The position numbers and the translations under genes were made by a program. Below are positions 19,254-27,691 of a DNA stretch of 64,000 nt, in pieces. The stretch's first letter is position 1. Each line of letters opens with the position of its first letter. Source of the DNA: Candidatus Omnitrophota bacterium (GTDB taxonomy: Bacteria > Omnitrophota > Gorgyraeia > Velamenicoccales > JABMQK01); assembly GCA_028711115.1 (NCBI GenBank), contig JAQTSV010000001.1:390032-454031 (forward strand), in the 5' to 3' direction. The notes under the pieces were generated by a model. That model saw only the letters and a program-made list of their open reading frames with translations. It was not told where the DNA came from and did not search any database.

Positions 19254-20321
19254 ATGTTGGAAAAATTAGAAAAATTAGAGAGTCGCTATGTTGAGCTCGA
19301 ACATCAACTTTCTGATGTTAAGGCAATCGAAGATAAGGCACAATATCAGAGGTTGGCTAGAGAGCTTTCCGATATTTCACCTTTTGTGTATAAATTCAGA
19401 GAGTTAAAGAATATCGAGAGGCAGGAGTCTGACTTAAACAGGATGATGAGCGAGCCTCACGACGCTGATTTCCTGGAATTAGCAAAATCAGAATTGTTTC
19501 ACCTTAAAAATAAGAAAAAGAGTATAGAAGAAGATATAAAATCTTTATTCAAAGCCCAGGAAGACCAAGGCAAAGATAAAGATATAAATAGAGATGTTAT
19601 GGTAGAAATCAGGGCCGGCACAGGAGGCCGGGAGGCGGCAATATTTGCGAGCGATCTTTATAGAATGTATACAAAATATGCTGCAAATAATAATTGGAAG
19701 GTTGAATTGATGTCTTCCAGCCCCACAGAATTAGGTGGTTTTAAAGAAGTTATTTTTTCTATCTCGGGAAAAGGTGCATACAGCCATCTTAAATATGAAA
19801 GTGGGACGCACCGTGTTCAGCGCGTTCCGGAGACAGAGGCCTCAGGAAGGATACATACATCCACTGCTACTGTCGCTGTGTTGGTTGAGCCCGAGGAAGT
19901 AGAATTGACAATTGAACCCAAAGATCTAAAAATAGATACATTCCGCTCTTCTGGCTGCGGCGGTCAGCATGTTAATGTTACGGATTCAGCCATAAGGATT
20001 ACGCATTTGCCGACGGGGTTAGTTATTACCTGCCAGGATGAACGCTCACAATTAAAGAATAAAAATAAGGCTATGCGCGTATTAAGGGTAAGACTCTTGG
20101 ATAAAATCAATACTGAGAAAATAAAAGAACAGTCAAAGATACGCAAATCGCAGATAGGCAGCGGCGACAGAAGCGAAAAGATACGTACCTATAATTTTCC
20201 CGACAGGCGCATTACAGACCATCGCATTGGTTTTACAGTCCATAATCTGGAGAGCGTCCTGGAAGGGAATTTAGACGAAATAACAGGTGCTTTAATTAAA
20301 GCAGACAAAGAAAATGAATGA
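19254..20321 (+). CDS. prfA: Peptide chain release factor 1
   Basis: GGQ motif (SGCGGQHVN) and an RF1-type PxT tripeptide (PET). Confidence 0.95.
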   Translation: MLEKLEKLESRYVELEHQLSDVKAIEDKAQYQRLARELSDISPFVYKFRELKNIERQESDLNRMMSEPHDADFLELAKSELFHLKNKKKSIEEDIKSLFKAQEDQGKDKDINRDVMVEIRAGTGGREAAIFASDLYRMYTKYAANNNWKVELMSSSPTELGGFKEVIFSISGKGAYSHLKYESGTHRVQRVPETEASGRIHTSTATVAVLVEPEEVELTIEPKDLKIDTFRSSGCGGQHVNVTDSAIRITHLPTGLVITCQDERSQLKNKNKAMRVLRVRLLDKINTEKIKEQSKIRKSQIGSGDRSEKIRTYNFPDRRITDHRIGFTVHNLESVLEGNLDEITGALIKADKENE

Positions 20322-21165
20322 ACTGGAATTGATTTTAACGGATATATTTAACTGTTCTCGTGCGGATTTATATCTGAATGCGCCAGCTATTGCCTTCAAA
20401 GAAAAAGATTTTAGATTTTTTGACAGAGTTTTAAAAAACAGGATACGGCGCCAGATGCCCGTTCAATACCTTTTGGGTTATGCAGAATTTATGGGGCTGC
20501 GGATTAAAGTGGATAGAAATGTTTTAATTCCCCGTCCAGAGACAGAGGTTTTAGTTGAGGCGGTAATTGAAAAAAATCAGAAATCAAAAATTCATCCCGA
20601 ACACGGAATCCCACTTATGCGGGAAAATCAGAAATTAAGAATTTTAGATATCGGCACAGGCTCAGGATGTATAGCAATAGCATTAGCGAAATTTATAAAA
20701 GCTGCAGAAATTTTTGCCACAGATATTTCTAAGACAGCACTCAGCTTGGCCAGAGAAAATGCAAAATTACACAAAGTAGAAGAACGTATCCGGTTCTTGC
20801 GGGCAGATATTTTTACTCCCTTAGAAAAGTCAAAAGATAAAGACAGTAGTCTTCTGGCGCAGAAGTTTGATATAATAGTTTCCAATCCGCCTTATGTGCC
20901 TACATCCGAAATTGGATTATTTGATGTCACGGTAACAAATGAACCCAGGATAGCCCTGGACGGCGGAACAGACGGCCTTATTTTTTATAAAAGAATCAGC
21001 GAACAAGCAGATGGTTTATTAAAAAAAGGCGGATTGTTGTTTTTGGAATTAGGCGAAGGCCAGGCAGAAGAAATTAAAGAAATATTTTTCCGCGGATGGA
21101 TTATTCAGGAACTTAAAAAAGATTATCAAGGTACAGAACGCGTTTGCGTAATCAAGAGGAAATAA
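20314..21165 (+). CDS. prmC: Release factor glutamine N5-methyltransferase
   Basis: [19 protein letters not shown] motif and the NPPY catalytic motif. Overlaps prfA by 8 nt. Confidence 0.9.
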   Translation: MNELELILTDIFNCSRADLYLNAPAIAFKEKDFRFFDRVLKNRIRRQMPVQYLLGYAEFMGLRIKVDRNVLIPRPETEVLVEAVIEKNQKSKIHPEHGIPLMRENQKLRILDIGTGSGCIAIALAKFIKAAEIFATDISKTALSLARENAKLHKVEERIRFLRADIFTPLEKSKDKDSSLLAQKFDIIVSNPPYVPTSEIGLFDVTVTNEPRIALDGGTDGLIFYKRISEQADGLLKKGGLLFLELGEGQAEEIKEIFFRGWIIQELKKDYQGTERVCVIKRK

Positions 21166-21166
21166 A

Positions 21167-22429
21167 ATGGACAAACTAGTTATCGAAGGCGGAAGACCTT
21201 TAAAAGGCAGTGTTCAGGTCAGCGGTTCGAAAAATTCGCTGTTACCTATTTTAGCAGCCACGCTTTTAACTCCCGAAAAATGCGTGATAAAGAACGCGCC
21301 TTTATTGTCGGATACGTATACGATGCTGAAAATAATCCGCAATCTCGGCGTAGCCGTAGAGATGGACGGCAATGTCCTTCAGATAAAATCAGGGAATTTT
21401 AAAAAGTATGTTGCGCCTTATCGTCTGGTAAGTACGATGCGCGCTTCTTTCTGTGTGCTTGGGCCGATACTTGCGCGTTTGAAGAAGGCAGAAGTTTCCC
21501 TACCGGGCGGTTGCGTTATCGGCGTGCGGCCGGTTGATTTACATATAAAAGGATTAAAAGCCCTGGGTACAGATATAGAGATAAAAGAAGGAAATGTATG
21601 CGCAAAGACGAGGGCGCTCCGGGGTAAACAGATTTTTCTGGGTGGGGCATTCGGTTCTTCAGTATTGGCCACGGCAAATGTGATGATGGCTGCTGTGCTG
21701 GCAAAAGGCACCACTGTAATTGAAAATGCCGCCTGCGAGCCGGAGACAGTCGATTTAGCCAACTTTTTGAATAAAATGGGAGCAAAGATTAAAGGCCATG
21801 GTTCGCCGCGTATCGAGATAAAAGGCGTAAAGTCTTTATCCGGTGTTGAATATGAGGTTATTGCTGATCGCATAGAGGCAGGTACTTTTGCTATAGCAGC
21901 AGCCATAACAAAAGGCGAGGTTACGATTAAAAATATCAATGTGGAATATTTAAGCGCGCTCATAGAGAAATTAGAAGACGCAGGCGTGACAATAAAAAGA
22001 GGCAGGGATTTTCTTTTTGTCAAACGCACCGGCCCTCTTAAGCCCGTGGATATTACAACCTTGCCATATCCCGGGTTTCCTACTGATATGCAGGCGCAGT
22101 TTATGTCGCTTATGGGCATTGCTTCGGGGATTAGTGTCATAGCAGAAAAGATTTATCCCGACAGATTTATGCATATTCCCGAACTTAATCGTATGGGGGC
22201 CCAGATTTTCCGTCAGGGGCCTTATGCTATTGTGCACGGCGTAAAAAGTTTGAATGGTGCGCCTGTAATGGCTTCGGATTTACGCGCCTCTGCTGCACTG
22301 GTTTTGGCAGGATTAATTGCTAAAGATAAAACAGAAATTTTCAGAATATATCATCTCGACAGAGGTTATGAGAATTTAGATAAAAAATTAGTTCAGCTGG
22401 GGGCAAAAATTTCCCGCGAAAAACAATAA
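21167..22429 (+). CDS. murA: UDP-N-acetylglucosamine 1-carboxyvinyltransferase
   Basis: Full-length MurA similarity, including the active-site loop LPGGCVIGVRPVDLH. Confidence 0.95.
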   Translation: MDKLVIEGGRPLKGSVQVSGSKNSLLPILAATLLTPEKCVIKNAPLLSDTYTMLKIIRNLGVAVEMDGNVLQIKSGNFKKYVAPYRLVSTMRASFCVLGPILARLKKAEVSLPGGCVIGVRPVDLHIKGLKALGTDIEIKEGNVCAKTRALRGKQIFLGGAFGSSVLATANVMMAAVLAKGTTVIENAACEPETVDLANFLNKMGAKIKGHGSPRIEIKGVKSLSGVEYEVIADRIEAGTFAIAAAITKGEVTIKNINVEYLSALIEKLEDAGVTIKRGRDFLFVKRTGPLKPVDITTLPYPGFPTDMQAQFMSLMGIASGISVIAEKIYPDRFMHIPELNRMGAQIFRQGPYAIVHGVKSLNGAPVMASDLRASAALVLAGLIAKDKTEIFRIYHLDRGYENLDKKLVQLGAKISREKQ

Positions 22430-22441
22430 TACCGCAAGAAT

Positions 22442-23008
22442 ATGATTTTAATTGTCGATAACTACGATTCTTTTACCTATAATCTGGTGCAATACCTGGG
22501 GCAGCTGCACAAAGACCTGAGAGTTTTCAGAAACGACAAAATATCCGTGAAAAAGATTAAACAGCTAAATCCAGACAAGATTGTTATTTCGCCGGGTCCG
22601 GGCAGGCCAGAAGATGCAGGGATTTCCTGTGAATTGATTGATAAACTGAAAGGCGTAATTCCTATTTTAGGCGTATGCCTCGGCCATCAGGCAATAGGCT
22701 ATGCATTCGGAGGAAAGATTATACAGGCAAAAAGGATTATGCACGGCAAGACCTCGATGATTTATCATAATGGAAAGACTATTTTTAAGAATATACCGTC
22801 GCCGTTTGAGGCTACGCGATACCATTCTCTGGTTGTGGACAGAAAGACTCTGCCCAGTACTTTAGAGATTACAGCCTGGACGAAAGATGACAAAGAGATA
22901 ATGGGATTAAAACATAAGGATTATCCGATTTGGGGCGTGCAGTTTCATCCGGAGTCAATACTGACAAAGGTAGGATTGCGCCTGCTAAAGAATTTTCTAA
23001 ACCAATAG
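22442..23008 (+). CDS. trpG: Anthranilate synthase component II (glutamine amidotransferase; TrpG/PabA)
   Basis: MILIVDNYDSFTYNLVQYL, GVCLGHQ, and HPES triad elements. Immediately upstream of trpD. Confidence 0.85.
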   Translation: MILIVDNYDSFTYNLVQYLGQLHKDLRVFRNDKISVKKIKQLNPDKIVISPGPGRPEDAGISCELIDKLKGVIPILGVCLGHQAIGYAFGGKIIQAKRIMHGKTSMIYHNGKTIFKNIPSPFEATRYHSLVVDRKTLPSTLEITAWTKDDKEIMGLKHKDYPIWGVQFHPESILTKVGLRLLKNFLNQ

Positions 23009-23035
23009 ATTTATTTAATTGCGAGGGGTTTTATA

Positions 23036-24046
23036 ATGATAAAAGATGCGATAGTTAAATTAACTCAAAAACAGGACCTGACAAAAAAGGAAATGCAGTT
23101 ATCCATCGAAGAAATTATGCAGGGCAAGGCCTCGCCTGTGCAGATTTCCTCATTTTTGACAGCTTCCATAATAAAAGGTATTACAGTTGAGGAACTTACC
23201 GCGGCAGCAACTGTCATGAGGGATTTTTCCAGAAAAGTTAAATTAAAAGAAAAAGTGGTTATAGATACCTGCGGTACCGGTGGAGACAACATGGGTACTT
23301 TTAACGTATCCACAGTGGTTGCCATGATTGTTGCCGGCGCGGGCGTAACAGTTGCAAAACACGGAAATCGCTCCGTCTCAAGTAAGTGCGGCAGCGCGGA
23401 TTTATTGGAAGCATTGGGAGTTAAAATTGACATAGGCGAAGGAAAGGTTAAGGATTGCATTGAAAATGTCGGCATAGGTTTTATGTTCGCTCCGGTATTC
23501 CATCCGGCGACGAAATTTGCCCAGCCAGTAAGAAAAGAATTGGGGTTTCGCACAATTTTTAATTTCCTGGGCCCTTTGACAAACCCCGCTTTTGTGAAAT
23601 ATCAATTGGTAGGAGTTAATTCTTCAGATTTACTTAAAGAATACGTATCAGTGTTAAAGGAATTAGGCTCAATTCACGTAATGGCAGTGCGTGGCCTCGA
23701 CGGACTGGATGAGATAACTACTACCAAGAATACAGAGGTCTGCGAATTAAAAGACGGAAAAATAAAAGAATTCGTAATTTCGCCCGGAGAATTCGGCATA
23801 AAGAAAGCAGAGATAAAAGATATTTTAGGAAGCGATGTATCCACAAATGTGAAAATCGCAAAAGAAATATTAGACGGAAAACTTGGCCCCAAAAGAGATA
23901 TCGCCTGCCTTAATGCCGCCGCAGCACTATACGTGGCGAAGGCAGTACCGAATATAAAACAAGGATTTGAATTGGCAAATATCACCATAGATTCCGGCAG
24001 GGCAAAGGAAAAATTAAATCAGCTGATTGAATTTACAAACAGGTAA
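23036..24046 (+). CDS. trpD: Anthranilate phosphoribosyltransferase
   Basis: DTCGTGGD, NVST and KHGNRS.SSK.GSAD motifs. Confidence 0.95.
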   Translation: MIKDAIVKLTQKQDLTKKEMQLSIEEIMQGKASPVQISSFLTASIIKGITVEELTAAATVMRDFSRKVKLKEKVVIDTCGTGGDNMGTFNVSTVVAMIVAGAGVTVAKHGNRSVSSKCGSADLLEALGVKIDIGEGKVKDCIENVGIGFMFAPVFHPATKFAQPVRKELGFRTIFNFLGPLTNPAFVKYQLVGVNSSDLLKEYVSVLKELGSIHVMAVRGLDGLDEITTTKNTEVCELKDGKIKEFVISPGEFGIKKAEIKDILGSDVSTNVKIAKEILDGKLGPKRDIACLNAAAALYVAKAVPNIKQGFELANITIDSGRAKEKLNQLIEFTNR

Positions 24047-24054
24047 AGCCGTTC

Positions 24055-24837
24055 ATGAATTTTTTAGAAACCATAATTAAAGAAAAAAAAGATTTTGTTA
24101 AACAAACAAAAGAAAAACTTTCCCAAAAAGAATTAATTGATAAAGTTAAGACTATAACTTCCAAGCCCCGCTTTAAGCAAATTCTAAAAAAGTCGCCCCT
24201 CCATTTAATAGCCGAAATAAAACGCGCTTCTCCTTCCAAGGGTGACATACGAAAAGATCTGGATGTGATAAAAATAGCCAAAATTTACGAGGGCGAAGGC
24301 GTGGAATTGGTTTCTGTGCTTACGGAAGAAAAATTCTTTAAGGGAAGATTAGAAGATTTGTCGAAGGTGAAAGAGAACACAAAGCTTTCTATTTTGTGCA
24401 AAGATTTCATAATAGACCAATACCAGATTTACGAAGCGAAGTTGTACGGCGCAGAAGCGGTTTTACTTATCGCAAGGATTCTTTCGGAAAAACAACTTAA
24501 AGATTTTATAGCTATCGCCAGGGAAATTGATATTGACACATTGGTTGAAATTCACGATGAAGATGATTTAGAGAAAATCATAAACTTAGACGCAGATATT
24601 ATCGGTATTAATCACCGCAACTTGGAAGATTTCAGCATTGATTTGAAAATAAGCCAAGATTTATTACCGAAGATCCCCAAAGGTAAAATAGTTATTGTTG
24701 AAAGTGGCATAGAATCCGCAAAACAAATAAAATATTATAAGGAAATAGGTTTTAACGGAGTCTTAATCGGCGAGTCTTTGATGCGCCAGGAAGATATTAG
24801 AGTAAAGCTCCAGGAGTTTATCAGCGCTGCGCGATGA
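24055..24837 (+). CDS. trpC: Indole-3-glycerol phosphate synthase
   Basis: IAEIKRASPSKG, KDFIIDQYQI and INHRNL motifs. Confidence 0.9.
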   Translation: MNFLETIIKEKKDFVKQTKEKLSQKELIDKVKTITSKPRFKQILKKSPLHLIAEIKRASPSKGDIRKDLDVIKIAKIYEGEGVELVSVLTEEKFFKGRLEDLSKVKENTKLSILCKDFIIDQYQIYEAKLYGAEAVLLIARILSEKQLKDFIAIAREIDIDTLVEIHDEDDLEKIINLDADIIGINHRNLEDFSIDLKISQDLLPKIPKGKIVIVESGIESAKQIKYYKEIGFNGVLIGESLMRQEDIRVKLQEFISAAR

Positions 24838-25454
24838 AACCCAAAGTAAAAATCTGCGGAATTACAAATATAGAAGACGCCTTAGACGCTGTTTGGTGTG
24901 GAGCAGATATATTAGGATTTGTCTTCTTTAAACAGAGTAAACGTTACATAAAACCCAAAAAAGCCAAAGAAATAATCGATATCCTGCCGCCTTTTGTGTT
25001 CACGGTCGGTTTATTCGTTAACGAAAACATAAATAAAGTTAAAAAAATAGCCAAGTATTGCAAATTTAATTTTTTGCAGTTGCACGGCGATGAAAATACC
25101 GGGTATTTAAATAAATTAAAGGATTTTCGTTTAATAAAAGCCATCCGCGTAAAAGATAAAAAAAGCTTAGAAGGTTTAGATAATTTGCCTTGCGATTTAA
25201 TTTTATTCGATAACTATTCAGATTCGTTATTCGGCGGCACAGGCAGACAATTTGACTGGAATCTAGCAAAGGAGATTAAAAAATTAAAAAAGCCTTACAT
25301 AATTTCCGGCGGGCTTACGCCTTATAATGTAAAAAAAGCGATAAATCTATTTTTGCCTTACGCTGTTGATGTTTCAAGCGGTGTAGAAAAAAGTCCGGGC
25401 AAAAAAGACAAAACACTAATAAAGGAGTTTATAAAAAATGCCAAAACAAAATAA
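24834..25454 (+). CDS. trpF: Phosphoribosylanthranilate isomerase
   Basis: VKICGIT, LQLHGDE and GGL.P.NV motifs. ATGA overlap with trpC. Confidence 0.9.
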   Translation: MKPKVKICGITNIEDALDAVWCGADILGFVFFKQSKRYIKPKKAKEIIDILPPFVFTVGLFVNENINKVKKIAKYCKFNFLQLHGDENTGYLNKLKDFRLIKAIRVKDKKSLEGLDNLPCDLILFDNYSDSLFGGTGRQFDWNLAKEIKKLKKPYIISGGLTPYNVKKAINLFLPYAVDVSSGVEKSPGKKDKTLIKEFIKNAKTK

Positions 25455-25761
25455 AAAAGATTGTTGCGTTACCGTGAGCAGTTTAATAAGAACCTGCCAT
25501 AAGATAGCCAAAGAAAAAGGCTGGTGGGATAAGGAGCGTTCAGGCGGGGAAGTTATTGCGCTCATGCATTCGGAGTTATCGGAGGCCTTGGAGGCGATGC
25601 GGAACAGCCATCCCAAAGAGGCATTGGCGGAAGAATTGGCGGATTGCTGCATAAGAATTTTTGATTACTGCGGTGAGAAAAAAATAGATTTGGAAGAAGC
25701 GCTTCTTAAGAAAATAGAAAAGAATAAAGGCCGTCCCTACAGGCACGGAAAAGTGTTCTAA
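25438..25761 (+). CDS. MazG-like all-alpha nucleoside triphosphate pyrophosphohydrolase family protein
   Basis: ExxE...ExxD metal-binding pattern (HSELSEALEA ... AEELADCCIRIFD) in a ~105-aa helical protein. Overlaps the trpF end by 17 nt. Confidence 0.6.
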   Translation: MPKQNKKDCCVTVSSLIRTCHKIAKEKGWWDKERSGGEVIALMHSELSEALEAMRNSHPKEALAEELADCCIRIFDYCGEKKIDLEEALLKKIEKNKGRPYRHGKVF

Positions 25762-25773
25762 GGAGAGAATATT

Positions 25774-25935
25774 ATGTTTAATCTTAAAGATTTAGGCGAT
25801 ATGTCCAAAATAGCTTCGCAGGCAAAGGAATTGCAGCAGGCGCAGCAGAAGACAGAAGATAAGAAAATACAGCTTTTATCAAAGATTTCACAGCAGTTAG
25901 ACGAATTATTGACGGAACTAAGAAAGAATAAATAG
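25774..25935 (+). CDS. Unlisted 53-aa ORF (predicted helical/coiled-coil microprotein)
   Basis: ATG at 25774 lies 8 nt after AAGGAGAG. It encodes MFNLKDLGDMSKIASQAKELQQAQQKTEDKKIQLLSKISQQLDELLTELRKNK. It fills the only gap between mazG-like and DUF362 and falls below the ORF-track length cut-off. Confidence 0.4.
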   Translation: MFNLKDLGDMSKIASQAKELQQAQQKTEDKKIQLLSKISQQLDELLTELRKNK

Positions 25936-25949
25936 GATTTAAGGTTATT

Positions 25950-26996
25950 ATGCCAAGTGAAGTTTATTTTAAAAGCGTATCTGATGAGGCCTCAAGAAAC
26001 ATTGCTTTATCCAAAATATTGGAGCGCCTTCCGGTTTTTCAGAAAAATTCAATTGTTGCCATAAAAATTACTGTGGGTGATGAAAACAGCCGTCTGCATA
26101 TAAATCCGAAGTTGGTGGCAATGGTTGTAGAAAAAGTAAAAAGCCAGAGCGCAAAGCCCTTTATTTTCGACACCAATGTCATATATAAAGGAAAGCGTAT
26201 GAATGCGGTGGATCATTTAAACCTGGCTTATGAAAAAGGTTTTTCCCCGAAAGATATAGGCGCGCCGTTTATTATCGCCGACGGATTATCCGGGTTGGAC
26301 GGCAGGGAATTTCAAGTCGATTACAAACATATTAAGAAAGTAAAAATCCCTTCTTTTGTGGGGGTAGTGGATAATTTGATTGTGTTAAGCCACATCACCG
26401 GGCATATTTTATCAAGTTACGCCGGTGCTATTAAAAATGTGGGAATGGGGATGAGCTGCCGTTCGGGAAAACAAATCCAGCATTCTTCGGTGAAACCGAA
26501 GATAATTTCCAAAAAATGCGTTATGTGCGGGGCGTGCATTAACATCTGTCCGGTTAACGCAATTTCCCAGAAAGAAGAAAAGGCATTTATTGATTCCAAA
26601 GTTTGTGTAGGTTGCGGCGAATGCCTTTGCGCGTGTTTATACGACGCAGTGGCTGTAAATTGGAAGGAAGACATCGACGTTTTTTGCGAACGCATGGCTG
26701 AATACGCTTTCGTCATACTTTCCAAATTCAAAAACAAATTCTTTATAAATTTCGCTTTCGACATAACCAAGGAGTGCGATTGCATTGCTACGGCAAACGA
26801 ACCTAAAATCTGCCAGGATTTGGGAATTTTGGCCTCCGGAGATATTTTAGCCGTAGAAAAAGCCACCGTGGATTTATTAAATAAAAACGAAGACATTTTC
26901 TTAAAGGCGCAAAAAAGTAATTCGTATTTAGGGCAGCTAAATTATGCCGGAAAGATTTCCCTGGGCAATCTCGAATACGAATTAATTCAATTATGA
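25950..26996 (+). CDS. DUF362-domain Fe-S protein with inserted 2x[4Fe-4S] ferredoxin motifs
   Basis: CVMCGACINICP and CVGCGECLCAC cysteine motifs within a DUF362-like scaffold (VAIK...G, HSxxG-like segments). Confidence 0.75.
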   Translation: MPSEVYFKSVSDEASRNIALSKILERLPVFQKNSIVAIKITVGDENSRLHINPKLVAMVVEKVKSQSAKPFIFDTNVIYKGKRMNAVDHLNLAYEKGFSPKDIGAPFIIADGLSGLDGREFQVDYKHIKKVKIPSFVGVVDNLIVLSHITGHILSSYAGAIKNVGMGMSCRSGKQIQHSSVKPKIISKKCVMCGACINICPVNAISQKEEKAFIDSKVCVGCGECLCACLYDAVAVNWKEDIDVFCERMAEYAFVILSKFKNKFFINFAFDITKECDCIATANEPKICQDLGILASGDILAVEKATVDLLNKNEDIFLKAQKSNSYLGQLNYAGKISLGNLEYELIQL

Positions 26997-27691
26997 ATAC
27001 CTTCCTGAAGTTATTCGGATTAAATCCTCAGGATATAAAACACGATGTCATCATCACTCCTTTTATAAATTTGGAGTACTTTAAAATAAATAAAAAAAGT
27101 AAGATTAATAAAGGACTTCTGTTTGAGGTTTTGGCAGAGAGTGATTTTAGCGTAGTAAAGACCGGCGTAGGCAGTTCTTTTGTAGGTGATAGCGTCGTAT
27201 ATTTAAAAGAAACAGCCTGCAGGAGGATTTATTTTATCGGTTCCTGTGGTGTGGTTTCAAATTTCAATATCGGCGATTTGATTGTTGCGGACAAAATATT
27301 GGCCTGGGAGAGTTTCAGCGAAATTTTAGGGCACAGCCCTTCGCATTTCTTTATAAATGCGGAAAACGAACTTTCCAGGCGCTTCCTGGAATTAAATAAA
27401 GATATCCGCAAGGCAAATTTGGCTACTTTGGGTTCATTGAGCCTTCAGGAAAAAGTTTTGCAGTCACTAAAGAGGCAGGAAATCGACGTCGTGGATATGG
27501 AGGTTTCTGCATTTTCTTCCGCAGCCAAGTATTTTAAATTGTCCAGCCTGGCTTTGCTGTATTCTACCGATATTATTGAAGGCAAGCCATTTTCCAGAGA
27601 AGCAAGCCACCAGGAAAGAAAAGTTATAAAAGATTCCCGCCAGAGAGCAATCTCATTAATATGCGATTTTATCAGGAAACTAAACGCCTAG
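26993..27691 (+). CDS. Nucleoside phosphorylase-fold (PNP_UDP_1, DeoD/Udp/MTAN-like) protein, atypical
   Basis: KTGVGSS...IYFIGSCGVV aligns by eye to DeoD GHGMGIPS...IRVGSCGAV. VDMEVSAFSSAA aligns to VEMEAAG, and STDII to SDHI. ATGA overlap with the DUF362 gene. Confidence 0.65.
   Translation: MNTFLKLFGLNPQDIKHDVIITPFINLEYFKINKKSKINKGLLFEVLAESDFSVVKTGVGSSFVGDSVVYLKETACRRIYFIGSCGVVSNFNIGDLIVADKILAWESFSEILGHSPSHFFINAENELSRRFLELNKDIRKANLATLGSLSLQEKVLQSLKRQEIDVVDMEVSAFSSAAKYFKLSSLALLYSTDIIEGKPFSREASHQERKVIKDSRQRAISLICDFIRKLNA

Noticed and set aside
19827-19835. The RF1 stop-codon recognition tripeptide reads P-E-T rather than the familiar PAT/PVT. I considered this as a hint of altered stop-codon recognition.
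   Set aside because: The motif is defined as PxT with a variable middle residue. TAA, TAG and TGA all appear as ordinary stops of well-conserved genes in this window, and no gene shows in-frame stops, so there is no evidence for recoding.
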